Position numbers and translations under genes: made by a program. A stretch of DNA of 64,000 bases from the human T2T-CHM13v2.0 reference genome, Homo sapiens, in assembly GCF_009914755.1 (NCBI RefSeq), contig NC_060931.1; one strand, given 5' to 3'. Each line of letters opens with the position of its first letter. Position 1 is the stretch's first letter. Below are positions 38,175 through 57,129 of the stretch, piece by piece. A model generated the notes under the pieces. That model saw nothing but the letters and a program-made list of their open reading frames with translations, was not told the DNA's origin and did no database searches.

Positions 38175-41100
38175 AAATAACTGCAGGACTTCTTAACTAA
38201 AAACTTGTTAATGTGGATTTTAAAATGCTAATGCAGGTGTGAGTATGTGGGTGTGTAGGGGTAATATTCTAGCATGAAAAACATCTAGGTGATTTTGATC
38301 AGGAACTGTATTTTGTTCCGTTTTACTTCAAAAAATCATTTTCCACTGTTCTGCTAACAATAGAAAAATGTCCTTTGCTACATGGTCTGAGAAGAGACAA
38401 TAGCCTTAAAGCTAGGGTACAGGCAAGTTCTTCTCAGCTGTGAATGCACAGTGCATGTGGATACAGAGGATGGATAGCTGGAAACTTCCTGTTAATAATT
38501 CTGTAGTATCAGGCTTATGAGCAAGATCGGAGCTGGTTCACATCAGGAAAGATGGGATCTTTTGATCTAGACAGGACAGTAAGCGAGGGAGAAATTTGGA
38601 AAATGCCAGGATTCCAATAGCATTGTTTAGGAGCAGGGAGGCTAATAAAGAGTATGATTATGCACTTAATATACGGAATTCTAATGAGATGAGGTTTTCG
38701 TGACTTAGAGGAAAACAACTGAAGCCATGCAGTGTGTGTGAGAGACTTCCTTCTGGGTCTTAGAGGCAACCACTGAGGATGAAAGGCATTAGAGAGCGGT
38801 TGCCGAGTTTGTCAAGTTAACTGAAATATTTGGAATCACAGATCTTTAACTTACCTCTTCTGTGTGCACATAATTTGCAATTGGGATTCCTTTATACCAG
38901 AATTTATCAAAGGTATAAAATCCTTTATACCAGAACGTATCAAATTATTTGTCAGTGAAATAATTGTTTAGATGTTTATCTCTTACCTACAACTGTAAAA
39001 TTAAAAGCTCTATGAAGAGGCTAGAAAATATGCTTTAAACAGCAAATACTCCATGTGGCTTTAAGCCTACTGAAGTCTGGTAAGAGCTATTTTATATTAA
39101 AAATTTAAAAGTTCCTTAAGGTGGATTAATGCATGTACCAATTTGTAATGAAGTATGTACGTGGGGCTGAGAGGGTTTGCATGGGGCTGAGAGAAGTGCT
39201 AAAGGAAGCAAGAACCAGATTTTCTGGGAATTGGTTAGAAAATAATCACAATGTTTCCGTTTCCCAAGTTTGGAGCATGCGGTAATGAGATAGCACAATG
39301 AGGAAAAGTTATATGACCAAGTAGTAGTGACTTTGAGATGTTGTATGTTTATAGGAACTTGGGGGCCCTGGTTCTCCACATATGCCTTTCTGTTTTCCCC
39401 CCAGATTTGTCTTGTTATGGTGATAGTTTTCAAAAGCCATTATGAAAAATAAACTAGATAGACTGAAACATATAAAACATGCATTTAAATTTGACCAATT
39501 CCTAATAGATTAAAATTGGTATTTTTAAGAGTGTGGTATCTTTTTAGAGGTGCAAATATCTCATGACTCTTTATTTTGGATTTTTGTCACCACCAATCAC
39601 TCTGAAACCAATATATAAGTTTAACTTAAACTCTACCCATTAGGTTAAGCAATCTGAATAATCTTACAGTTTGTTTAGTTGTTTATCTTTAGAGCAAATT
39701 ATTCTTGGAACATCTTTCTTGGAACTTCAAATGCAGAGGATACGTAGGAAAGTCTTTCTACTCCATTAAAATTTGCCACCAATTTTAAGTGTATCTATTA
39801 AAGAGAATGTGAGATAAATGTGATTTTTTTGGATAGGAGACCACTTTTGACATACCCCTGATTTCACAGAGCCTAGTAATATCTTTCTAACATTAAAGTT
39901 TTAATTAAGGACTAACCAGGCCATTAAAAATAATGGATATTACTTTCTAGGTTATATTGCTCATTATATTTACTTATCAGGAGATTTTTACAACCAGAAG
40001 AAAAAAAAAACCCATAGATTTTAAATACAGCCACATAAACAGCAAGTGCTTATGTATTAATATGTGTTATTTCTGCAAAATTTTACATTCAAGTAAGTAT
40101 CCTTATGGGTGCTTATCCTCTTAAATGATTCATCAATAATCAAGAAGTAAAAAATGCAAGAATGAAAATATTCATCTCACTTCTCATTATTCTGTTCCTC
40201 TTCCTGAAGAAAACAACATCTGTTTTTAAATCTTTCCAGAGATACTTTTATATGTTTTTTAATTTTTTCCAGAAAATATATATATATATAAATTAAATAC
40301 AAATGCATATATATTTTCCCCTTTATCAAACAAATGATTATATGTACTGTTCTGAATATTGTCATTCTGAAATCCAGTCTCTCTTCAGCCAACTTTAAAT
40401 AATGTTTAAAAAAACTTAACCAATACAATTTAATTCCAGAGCAAGCATATAAGATTTATAAATAAAAAGTAATGCATAAATATCATGCCATAAAATTAAT
40501 TTCATTGATATTGTAAATTACTTATATGGTAGTAACAACTTCTCCTAACCTACTCTGACTCACTGACAATTTTTAAGAGAAGTGCTCAAACTTATGAAAA
40601 CTCCTTATGTGAGTTTAAAAGTAAAATTCTGAATAATATTATTATTCTATTTCTATTACAAAATTATCTTTTGTCTGCTTCCTGTTGATCAGCCTTATCT
40701 TGGAGCAAATAATTTCAGAATATATCAATTGGCCTGAACCATCTTACAGTTGAAAAGACAAGCCATTTTGTGTTAGTCAAACAGGCGCAACCTATTCTTA
40801 GATAGCATACAACAAATTTAAGATTTCTACCAGACTAGTAACCTAAAGCTTCTTTTCTTTGTCTTTAATACACAGTAAATTATTCAATAAGCACAAATGA
40901 ATATATTTATATTCAACTTCTAAAAATAATCAGTTGAATTTTTACATTGTAGCAAGAAATATTAACCTAAAAAAGACGAGACCATTTTATGAAATAAAAA
41001 TCTTGCTGCTACTCAAATATCATTGTAACTCATTGTCATATATACTTGTATCTGTTTATTTTCTCTTATCTCACAAAGGGAATTTTGCTGCTTCATAGCA

Positions 41101-41589
41101 GTAATCTTCCTATTTCCTTCATTATATCTACAGACCTACTTGAGCCTATATGAGTATTCTATTACAACCAGAAAATTATTCTCACTCTATCAAATGTGAA
41201 TCTCTCCAGATGCCTCTGGGTCTCTTCCAATTAAATTTCTCTGCTCCTCTGCCATAGCCTCTATCCTGTGACATTAGACTCTCCCTGTTCACTGGCTTAG
41301 CCTACCAACATACTTCTATCTTTTAAAGAGTGCCAAAAAAACCCCCAAAAAACAAAAACACCTTCCACCGCCCCCCCAACCAAAATATTACAGACTCCAC
41401 ATTGACTCCATACCTCAATCCAGCAATTTCCCAATTCTTCTTATGTACTTTATAGTAAAACTTGGTACTTGGCTTCCTTCTCTGATCTCATCTACTTTCA
41501 CTCTTTCCCCTGGAAGAGCATACCTGTTTTCTTTCTGTTGTAAACTTCAGCATACCTGTTTTATTTCTGTTGAGTTCACTACTACTTTC

Positions 41590-42065
41590 TCCCCCATAGA
41601 ATCTTGCCCTCCCCAGAATGTTCTTTCTTCAGCTGTTTGCAAAGTCTCATCTTTAAGATCTTTCCACAGAGATTATCCTTCCTTAAGTACCCTATTTAAA
41701 TGACTTGCACCCCCCCTCTTCCTGTTAACACATATTCATACCCTGCAAATTGCCAACTCTCAAATTTATGTGTTTTCTTATTTGTTTATATCTTCCCTTC
41801 CCCAACATCGATGTTGTTACAAATCACAGGATTTCAATCTTTTTTATGACTGAATAGTATTCCATTGTGTGTGTATATATATATATACATATATGTGTGA
41901 TATAAGATTATGTCATCAGCAAACAAAGGCAATTTAATTTCCTCCTTTCCAATTTGGGTGCCTTTTATTCCCTTCTAGAATGTAAACTCTATGAGAGTAA
42001 GTTCCCCCACTTGCACAGTACCTAGGACATACTAGTCACCCCCAATAAATATTTGATAAATGATT
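41590..42065 (+). mobile_element. L2 3' end, interrupted by a copied L1M fragment at 41811-41975
   Basis: ctagaatgtaaactctatgagag...cacagtacctaggacata..caataaatatttgataaatga. Confidence 0.65.
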
Positions 42066-43129
42066 AGATTGCTGGTCTAGGTCCTAGGTGCTATGTACAG
42101 ATATTGAGGGGAGGAAGATTTTGGCTTTTTCTGTACTCAGAAAAATATATATTTACTGTTTATATAAATTTACACGGTATCATTTACATATGATACCTGG
42201 GAAACATGGAGATGCACTTACAATCAAATGGAGAAACTGATGTAACTATAGTTTCTATTCCAAGTGTTGTCCTGTGAACTCAATATGACTTCTATGGCTT
42301 CAGGAGTCCAGAAATTAACAGAACTGGAGTTCATTTTTTGTTTGTTTTGTTTTGTGTTTGTTTGCTTGCTCTTTATAAGTCATGGAAAATATCTAGGCAA
42401 GAATAGTCAGAAGCTAGCAGAAGTTTGTAAGAAGTATTTTAAGGCTCTGGAGACAAAAGCTTAGTTATAATTAGGGAAGAAAAACTTTGAAACCTTGAGG
42501 TCTGTAAAAAAAATCTGTAATCAGTCATGGGTAGGAAATAGCTGGCAATATCCAGTGGCTCTGCACCCAGAAGAAGTGAACATGTGAGAGCCAGAATAGA
42601 CAAGGAAAAAAATGAGGTGAATATTGCAGAGTGATCACAGTTGACAGAATGGTTCTAAATATACATGAGAAACTCTGTAAGCAACTCATAGAAACAATGG
42701 GCTGACACTTGAGTTGAACTAATTTCCAGCAATCAAACTGGTATGGGTTAAAGTTCCCATAATTTATTCATTAAAAATTAAATATATGTATATGTATATA
42801 CAGTATGACCTAATACTCTCAAAATGAAAACTCTATGACATCTGGGGTACACTGGTTAGGATCATTGCATTTCTGCTATGTTTGACACAAATCTCAATAG
42901 AAGCATTTTCTCATATTAAATTTCCCAAATATTCAGAAGATAATAACAGATAGAAAATATTTAGAATCTATATAGAGCTTCCCTAATTCGATTTTGCAGT
43001 ATTTCCAATTGGATCAACAGTGAATTATCTTTATTAAATTTTAATATGCTCTAAATAAATTGTATCACAATGACTGTTTTTCTTTCTTTTCAAAAATCAA
43101 CAAATACAGTATTTGGAGTAAATGTCACA

Positions 43130-45580
<2,451 letters not shown>

Positions 45581-46719
45581 TTTTTTTTGTTGTTACCAAT
45601 AATAGTTTTTCTGGGAGTAAGGAAGAATCTGGCATGACAAAATAATTGAAAAAAACAGATATGTATAAATACAAATTTCATATTCCTTGAAAAATTGGAG
45701 AATTATAGTTTGAACTATATAAACCTTGTAATATTTAGCCAAAGTATGATACATAGAACAAAGTAAACATCATATACTTCAGTATAATTTTGATCAAAAA
45801 TAGCTTTCTGATGGAGCACATAGAATGAAACTAATTTATACCCCAAAATTTTATATTCACAGTTCAAGAACAGTACATTCCTTTGAATAAAGTAGAAAAA
45901 AAAGATGAATCAGCTTCTCTAACTGCACAACAGACAAAAACTACAAAAAAAATGCTCACAGGTAGGATTTTTAATTCCACTGGTTTGTAAAGATCTACCA
46001 CAGTCTAACACTAACTGTCCCTTTACTTGAAGGAGACTTAAATCATAGGCTTCTCAAAGGAAGACAATTTTGATGGTTTCAGTAAGAATTTTTTTAAAGT
46101 ATTGAGAAGAAGAGTAAAATATGTATTACCAGCCATGGTGAGTTACAAAACCAGTGGGTCTCTTACATCTCCTCATTTAAATTTTTGTCTAGGAAAACAT
46201 GACATCTGTTTTCAGTAGTATGATTGAGAAGATATCCTTTAAAAAAGTCTAAAATAAATGAATAAAACAAAGAGACCCAAAGGGAGTGTCAGTGGTAATG
46301 GTATGTCTTATTTCTTACACTGAGTAGTGGGGTTGGGGGGCATGTATTTTACCATTATGCTTCATTTCAAATAAATAATGTTTATTTGTGTATGTGAGTG
46401 TCTTTCCTTCATTTATTTATAATAATTATTTTATAATAGTAAAGAAAAAATCAGGAACAATATTGCATTTATATATTACAACTAGAACTATTTATATACA
46501 GCATAAGAATCTTGTACATTAAAAGTAAAAAAAAAAAATACTGCAAAGAAAAATACCAATGGAGTAATAGTGACTTTCAGTTGTAGGAATGTAGATCATT
46601 GTTTTTCCTTTAAAATTTTTCTATAGCTTCAAATATTTCATAGTAAGTCACTTTTCATAAAGCTTTTACTTATTTTATTAGAAATAAAAGGAACACTGAA
46701 AAATAATACACAAATAAAA

Positions 46720-47335
46720 ATAGAAATGAAAACTGTGTCTACACAAAATTCTTTATGTACTTATTCATAGCAGCTCTATTTGTAATAGCAAAATAACAGG
46801 AAACAGTCTGGATGACCTTCAGTGGGTGAGTGGTTGAATAAACTGTGTTATACTCATACAGTGAAATACTACTTAGAAATGAAAATACGCAATAACAATC
46901 TGAACACATCTCAAGGTCATTATGATGACTGAAAATGTCAATCCCAAAATGTTACATAGCATATGATTCCACTTACATAACATTCTCAAAAACAGTGATA
47001 GTAGTGGGAAGCTCATTAGTGGTTGTCAGAGTTCATGGATGACAACGGGGAGGAGGGTTAGTGTGACTATCAGGGGTAGCATGAGGGAGACCACTGTGGT
47101 GTTTGGCTGGTTCTGTATCTTTTGTGGTGGTGTTCAAATGAATTTACACATGTGATAGCATGATATATGGCTTTACACATATTGTGTCAATGTCATTTTC
47201 CTGAGTTTGATATTTTACTATGGTTATGTAAAATGTGAACACTGAAGAAAATTGGGGGGACGGTACACAACACTTATTTATACTATATTTGCAATTGCTG
47301 TAAATCTATAATTATTTCAAAATTTTAAAAGCTTA
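46720..47335 (+). mobile_element. L1MD/L1MC-like 3' end
   Basis: ttcatagcagctctatttgtaatagc; tatgattccacttacataacattctc; tgtaaatctataattatttcaaaat. Confidence 0.75.
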
Positions 47336-49671
47336 AAGCTTTTTTCTGTAGATTAAAATTTGTTATCATGAGCAATTCTTTCATAACAAATAAAGTTTTA
47401 TTTCTTTTGTTCTTTAAAAAAAGTAATAGCATGTAGAAACAAGTGACAGACATTGCTTTTCTTCCTTACTTCCTCCTCTGGTTGTGACTCAACACAAATG
47501 AAACAAAAGTTAATTTAAAAAACCCATCATGTACCATCGAAATGATATATAATACCATGGTCAAAACTAAAATGTTGTTGAAACCGTAGATGAAGACAAA
47601 ATAAATGAGCTTTTGGGCAGGCATAGTGCTAAATGCAAAAGTTACATTGCTGACTAATCGTGATTTGGTTCCTGGTCTGAGAAAGCTTAAAGTATAATGA
47701 GTATACAGAAAATAAAAAGCAAAATTGAAATAAAATGAATGCTTGAAGGAAAGAGAATTGAGAATAAATAACAGTGCAATTCTAATTTAGGAAGAGTGGT
47801 CAGAGAAACCATCTCTGGAGAGATGATATTTAAGCTGAGACTTGAAGTGGTCAGCTACACTTTGATTAAGAGGCTCTCTGGGACATTAAAAATATTTCTG
47901 CCTTTGTAGAATATGACTTTGCCACAATGCAGGCGCAAATGTACATTTGACACGTTTCTACAGAGTATTGCTCTAACCCCCACAACTAGAAGAATTTCTG
48001 GCACACAGTACACACTTGTGTGTTGAAGAAATTCCCAAGTATTAATTCAATTTGTAAGCACATCACAATCAAGTCCTTTCAGACTGGGAAAGATAATAAA
48101 TTTGCAAGAAAAAAAGAATTCAGATAGGACCTGCATTTCACCCTTAAAATCTAAAATTTAATAATATTTGATGTAATGATCTCATAGAAATGCTTAAATT
48201 TATGTTTTTAAATTCGTTGCCCTGTCTAAGCTTTATCATGTTTTAAATAGAATTTTATTTTTCCATCTTTTGGTCTTACACTTCAAATATTCTCCCATAA
48301 AGGAAGATATAATGCTTACTAATGGTGTGCCATTTTTTTGTGGATTTCAGTATGCCTAATCAGAAATGTTAAAGATTTTTTTTTTATTTTTAATGCTACC
48401 AGGAGACATTGTCTAAAATGTAAAATATAGCCCAATAATATTATTAAAATTAGTTTTATAATGTGTATGCTGTGAGAAAAATTAGATGCTAGGTCTGCTA
48501 GGTTCCGCCATCACCCCCCTGACACCAGCCACCCTTTGTGACCACTTCTGAGTAAACTGGTCCTGGTACTAGAATCTAGACTGATGATAAATCACTGGGA
48601 TTCAAATATGTTACTCACTTAGCTTCTGATTTAAAGTGATGAGGTTCTTTCAGTTCAGCTTTAACGCTAACATTTAACAATAATGAGTCCTTGTTCTTCC
48701 TATTGCTAATGGATATTTTTCTCAGGTTTACAGTATTTCTCAGTGAAATGACAGGCCTATTGTGTAGCTCAGTTTAACATGCAGAAATACAGAACTAGAT
48801 TAAAATTCAATAAACTGTAAGTAAGTTGTGCCTCTACCTAAAGTTAATAACCTGATCACTATCTGTAATAGAATTACGACACTTATTATCTCTGAGGGCT
48901 CTTCTAACAGAGGTATTAGTATGTTTTGCAGCTTCATTTCATAATGTAGTGTAGCCTGCCACCCAAATGCCACTGCTATTCCTCATCTCCCCAGTCATTA
49001 AATAGAATAAGAAACTCCAATTAAAAAAAATTAATCTGAGGAAATGGAGAGTGTTTATAAAGTGGTGGGTTAAGGCGATTTGTCTCCATTTTGAATTCTT
49101 CACTCTGTTATGGCCAAAAAAATTTCTCTATTCTTGAACTTTTATAGAACAATATTATTTTCACTAAGTAATAAAGATATTGGAGAGCTAACCCCATGGA
49201 TTATTCTGAAAGCATAAGTACTTTGAGAAAATTTCTAATAAAGCTTATAAGCAAAAACAACCTAGAAACACAAGGCAAAAATATTTTAAAAATAGAGTAA
49301 AAGAACTTCTAAATGCTACTCTTACTAATATATATTTAGGCCCTATAGCAATGACTGTTTTAATTTTTTTAGTGTACTAAAGTTTTGCTTGCCAATAGTA
49401 CATCACTGTTGTCAAGCAGAAACACAAAGGAAAGAGAAGGGGTGGATTTGACAGCATCCTCCCAAACGTGACAGACTATAAATTCTAAAATTAACTTCAC
49501 AAAATATGAATTTATATACTGCTAAATAATATTACATACTCCAACAATCTTTTTAAAAAATAATTCAGTATTTGGTAATTTTATAATCTCAGTTTAATAT
49601 CAGCATGTATCCATGGATTACTGTTTGAGCACTGATTAAAAAAATAAATCTAGAAAAAAAAATTTTTTTTA

Positions 49672-49950
49672 AATGAAATCATGTCCTTTGCAGCAACATG
49701 GATGGAGTTGGAGACTATAATAAACACAGGGATGGAAAACCAAATACTGCATGTTCTGACTTACAAGTGACAGCTAAACATTAAGCATACGTGGACATAA
49801 ACATGGGTACAAAAGACACCACTATTAATAGTAGAGGTGAGAGAGAGGAGGGTGTGGGTTGAACAGCTTATTGTGTATTACGCACATTACCTGAGTACAA
49901 TATACCAATTTAACAAACCTGCAAATGTACTTTATCTGAAAAAAGTTGAA
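49672..49950 (+). mobile_element. Old L1P (L1PB/late L1PA-like) 3' fragment
   Basis: aatgaaatcatgtcctttgcagcaacatggatggagttggag; aacaaacctgca. Confidence 0.8.
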
Positions 49951-49959
49951 TTATTAAGT

Positions 49960-50840
<881 letters not shown>

Positions 50841-50856
50841 TTAATCTCACAGTTGA

Positions 50857-51211
<355 letters not shown>

Positions 51212-52229
51212 CAGAATACACTTTTTAAGACAAACTATTGGTCTATTAAAATCATATTAGTTCAAATAAAATACCATCTTTCCTAACTTTCTTGCTCCTA
51301 AATTAATTAATGACTAGTTCTGGTCAATTACAGACTACAATGTAGTAGACCAAATATATGGAGAGATGAAATGAGCCTGTGCCCACAGTGTGCAAATCTG
51401 TTTTATCACTTTCTATATTATTTGAGCTAAAGGACAATTTAAAGCCCACTGACCACAGACTACAGGAAATATATCTTTTAACAAACAGAGTTTTGATTGA
51501 CTGCTGCATGAGACAACACATATAGGAATTGAATCTTAGGGTGTTTCTTATAAGGTTCTGGCTTGTGCTGGGTAATTTTAAGGTGAGAGAAGGAAAGTGA
51601 GGTCTGATTTAAAATTGTATTCTGTTAAGAATTGGGGAAATTTGGTATCTTAGAAATTTATGTCTATGAGATGGGAGAATAAAAAGAAAAAGGATATCAT
51701 TGGGAAGAAGGCAGCAATTACTCAGAAAAATATGGTTAGTCATTACGTACCTGGAATTAGGCCTTGGGTACATGCTTTAAACACATTATGTTCCCTTGAC
51801 CTTGTCCCTGTTCTTGTGGAGCCATTGATGATATTCTCTTAGGAATATTATAATTTCAACAACTCCCATGTTACATAACAACTCCTTTTAATCAGAGCTC
51901 TTGTCCACATCACTCATGAGTCACAAGACTGTGACACAAAAATACTGGCAATTACAGGTTACATAAATGGTTCTGGAAAAGAGGAACTAAGTAAAATGTT
52001 TCTTAATATTAAAGCCAACCCTCTCAATGCATCACTTGTAACAAACTATGTGAAAGAGTGAACATATTTTTTTCTAACTCCATTGTCCTGACCTGAAAAA
52101 AATCGTTTGCTTTTCTAAGATTCAAAATTCCATTTTAGAAAATTAGAATAATAACACCACCCTTAGTCATACTTCACAAGGTTAAAATAAAGATTCAAAG
52201 ACATATAAAAGATAAATATATCAATTATG

Positions 52230-52400
52230 TGTTGCTATTAAACTACTAATAAACACTTATAGTGTGCTAAATACTTTACATATATTAACCCATTTAATAC
52301 TCACACACGACTTTCTTTCTGATAAAAGGCCAAGTAACCTGCCATAGATAAGTGATAGACATGCTATTTTGACCAAAGATGTCTGTCTCCAGAGTCCCTG
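52230..52400 (-). mobile_element. MIR
   Basis: gtgctaaatactttacatatattaacccatttaatactcaca; gtctgtctccagagtccctgc. Confidence 0.65.
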
Positions 52401-53092
52401 CTTGTAAAGGTTATAAATGAAGTTCAGTTTATAAAAAGCCTCAAAGGTACTTATTTCTAATGTTTAACATCTCTTTTTTATTCATTTCTAGTGATGAGTA
52501 TAGTGTTGGAATATAAAGCCTGCCTTAGTTTTTCAAGTGCAGAGAAGTTTCCAACTATTTGCTTAGACTCGTCTATAACAAAACATACTTAAGTCTATGA
52601 ATTAAATCACAGTTTCTTCCATATATTAAGTCATAGAACTGGAACTTTATTGAGACTCTTCAGGAACTTGGAGGTATAGTATGCAAATAGGGTGAAGTAG
52701 TGCATTTGTGTTTCTCTAATACTTTCTCTTTACAGCCTTTTCTGAGCCAATTCTATTTCATTCATTGAATAGAATTTCATAGATTTTTGTTATAATTACA
52801 ATGCATTTTATTTACTTAAAGTAGAATCCCAATTAATATGACAACTTATAATAAGTGTAGTAGGCATTTAATTATTCTTTCATCCTCATTAAATAATCCA
52901 AGACAGAAATAAAGAAAATTGAGATAATAGAGTGCCATTCCATAATAAATGTTTATTGAGCACCTAATACGTGTTCTAGTTTCAGGAGAGATACCAAAGT
53001 ACACTCAAACCTCAGATTCTCATGGGTAAAAACGGATTACACAAATAGCAATAATAAATTAATACTACATAGAAACAAAAGATGTCAATAAC

Positions 53093-54030
53093 TGTCGTAA
53101 TCTGTTCAGGCTGCTAGAACAAAATACTTCAGACTGGGTAACTTATAAACAAAATACATTTATTTCTCACAGTTCTAGAAGCTGGGAAGTCCAAGATCAA
53201 GGCACCAGCAGCCACTCATGAGGGCTGTGTATTTGTCATGCTTCTCCAGAGGGACAGAATTAATAGGCCATATGTATGTTTGAAAGGGAGTTTATTAAGA
53301 AGAATTGGCTCACACGATCACAAGGCAAAGCCCCACGATAGGTCATCCGCAAGTTAAGGAGCAGGGAAGCCAGTAGTGGCTCTGTCTGAGTCCCAAAGCC
53401 TCAGTAGGGAAGCCGACAGCGAGGCCCTCAGTCTGTGGCCAAAGGCCCAAGAGCCCCCAGCAAACTGCTGGTGTAAGTCCATGAGTCCAAAGGCCAAAGA
53501 ACCTGGAGTCTGATGTTCAAGGGCAGTAGGAATGGATGGAAGCATGCAGCATGGGAGAAAGTTGAAAACCAGAAGACTCGGCAAGCCAACTTATCCCACC
53601 TTCTTCCACCTGCTTTGTTCTAACCATGCCAGCAGCCGACTGAATAGTGCCCACCCACACTGAGGATGGGTCTTTCTTTCCCAGTCCACTAACCCAAATG
53701 TTAATCCCCTCTGGCAACACCCTCACAGACACACACAGAAACACTACTTTACCAGCTACGTAGGCATACTTGAATCCAATCAAGCTGACACCTAATATTA
53801 ACCAGCACAGGCCGATTCCTCATAGACAGTGCCTTCTTGCTGTGGTTCTGTCCTCCACAGTAAAGGGGCAAAGCAGGTTTCTATAGCCTCTTTTATAAAG
53901 GCACTATCCATATTCTGGAGACCTCATGACCTAATTGTCTCCCAAATGTCCCACCTTGGAATACCATCATCTTGGTAATTGGGATACAACATACAAGTTT
54001 TGGGGGAACACAAACATTCAGAACATAGCA
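53093..54030 (-). mobile_element. MSTD/MLT1A-like MaLR LTR, interrupted by MLT2 and inserted in L2
   Basis: ttctcacagttctagaagctgggaagtccaagatcaagg; terminal caaacattcagaacatagca; perfect 5-bp TSD ataac at 53088-53092 and 54031-54035. Confidence 0.85.
53228..53809 (-). mobile_element. MLT2A2-like HERV-L solo LTR
   Basis: ttctccagagggacagaa; aagaacctggagtctgatgttcaagggcag; caatcaagctgacacctaatattaacca; TSD ggctg/ggccg. Confidence 0.88.
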
Positions 54031-56760
54031 ATAACTAAAATAAGACAATGAGATAGAGAGTTGCATTCAAAGAAAGGAATAACAGGTAGGCAAGAAGATT
54101 CCCAAGTGGAGGTGGCATTTGAGCTAAGACCTGATGAACAAGAAAAGAAGCTACACAAGATCAACAGAAATTGCCTTCCAGAAAACAGAAAGACGAGATT
54201 TGCAGTCCTGGATGATGGAATCGTCATGGTACATTGAACACATCAGAAGATGGCCAGCAAAGGACTGGAAGACCACTGGAGAAGTAGGCAGGGACTAGAT
54301 CATATGGGATATTGCAACCAGTGCCAGGAACAGACACTGCCTAGGGTGCAAGGGCTATCTGAACTGCAGGCAGAAGCAATGGAAGGATAATTCATAATTA
54401 ACTGGAAAATAATTTTCTTTTGAAAGAATGAATATAAAATATTCTTGAATAGCAAAGTAACATTTCCCAGTAATGCTGAGTGTGATAATAATGTTTTGCT
54501 TACCTTAAAGTTTGAATTCATTGTCCAATAAGTTTATATTCACAGCAGTTGCAATTGGCAGCTGAGGAACTTTCCACATTATTAAGAATTCATATGGCAC
54601 TCAGAGTTTTAAAAATATACTTCTAAATGTAATACACATGAAAAGTGATTCTTATTTTTACTGTACAATTTGAACTGTATTAAGTGCTAACTTATAAGAT
54701 ACATGAAATATTTTGTAATGTTTTTACAATAATAAAATTTATACACTAAGATGCTTAAACGTGAGTAGTAAAATCTAGGTATCATTTTCAAACTAAAATG
54801 TTACATAAGAATTTTAATGGTTTTTATTTGCAATGATTTACAGGATGAAGCTAATTAAACTAAGAAACATTTTGTGACTTGAAAAATGTTGATCTTTAAA
54901 GTATTGTCAGTAGAACATAGTCATGTTAAAAGGTATTACATCAGTGATTTTTTTAAAGAGCACAAATTTTGTGGGGTAAATATAAAATAATCTATGAATT
55001 ATATATTTTATATGTTACCACTTATCCAAATATCACATTTGGGCCATAAACAGAACAACTAGACATGTGCAATAACACTACTCAAATTCAGTTGTTACTA
55101 ATATTTTGCAATTGCATTTTTTAAAATAAGAGATTTAAACATATTTTTAGATTTTTTTATTGTTAATGTGCATTTACCCAGGAAAATAATATAGCTTAAT
55201 AAGCGACTGATTTATAACTTCAAAATATTTTATATATGGCATATAGACCTTTATGTTCATTCTTCTTTTAGCCCCACAAATATTAAGGGTTGATTGACCT
55301 CATGAGGCAATTTATTATTTCATTGCCTAAATTAAAACACTTTTGAAAGTGAAAGTAAGCACTATTAATAATTATATCAAAATGACAGACATAAATTGGG
55401 ACTATCTCAAGCAACCCTGAACACTTCTATGCAAATTGGAACAAATGGTCACCTGAGTTATAAGCCTGGTAAGTGAATAGGGATGAGTATTGGCAAGACC
55501 CAATAAATTTATCACAGTTTCTGTATTTTGCCAAGTTGCTTCAAGCATATACTATTTCTATAGAGATACTTTTATTAATTAATTGTAATTTTATTCTTAC
55601 AAATTAGCATTATTTTCACCTTAGTACATCTGAAAATGATTCTATTTATTACGAATAATCTAAAGTTGACATGTATATTTTATCTGAAGTTTAACCTTCT
55701 TTTTGGTGTCTAGTACACACTGGTTACAAAGAATGTATTTGAGAAAAGAAGGAGGATGGAAGACAAGGAGGAATAGAATGGTGTTACTAGTGTATATGAC
55801 ACTGATAGATGGAGAAGATCATTTTTAACCTGCTCATGACAAATTCTCTTCAGTATCAATCATGAAATAAGATTAATAAAACATCAGTGCTGTATGTGCA
55901 AACTAAAAATAAATTAATAATGTCTAGAAACAAAGGAAGGCAATTAAAATTCTTTTATTGAAATATATATATACTGTATATAATAAAGATTATTTCCTTT
56001 ATTATCTTTCCCTCCTTCCCCCATAGATATTTATACCTATTTTAATTATAATAAATATAATTATATAATTATAATTAAAATGAATACACAAAAAATCACA
56101 GTCAAAAAAGGAAAATAAATTATATGATTATTACGTCTTGATTACACTAATGCATTTATATAAAGTGAGAAAAACAACCCTTTATATTGGTCTATTTCCA
56201 TGATATATGATAACATTACAGCTTAATAATGAATAAGAAAAACAATTTTTAAATTAAATTTCAATGTAAAAGATATTATTCAAATTCCATAAAATATTTC
56301 ATTGCTGAACTAAAATTTGCACTTATCAAAGAAAAATATTAAAATTTGCATTTTGTCCTCTGTTTTACTTTTTAAATTATATACAAAAAATAACTCCAGG
56401 TGGTCATGTAGAATGATAGAATTGAAATAACTCAAGGTATTTTCTTTATCTTTACAATCACTCTGCAGTCACTATTTATTTTGAGTCTAGTATTTAAACA
56501 CAGAACTATTTAATGTCAACTAGAGGAGGAGACAGGTATTATAACAAAAGTAACCTTGAATAATAATCAACCATTATAAATTTACTCTCCAATGAGAACA
56601 TATAGCTGAGTTTGCATATGTACAATAGGGAGTTCTCCAAGTTAGCTCCCATTTAAAATAAAATGTTTTAAAAGACGAGTAATAAAACTGTGCTAATTTG
56701 AAGTATACATTTATAGTATTAAAACCGAGCAGTACACACCACTGTTTAGAATTTAGATCA

Positions 56761-57129
<369 letters not shown>

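Noticed and set aside
51330-51860. Possible old LTR (also 58560-58800 and 62250-62700)
   Set aside because: The texture is LTR-like, but I could not identify termini, TSD or family.
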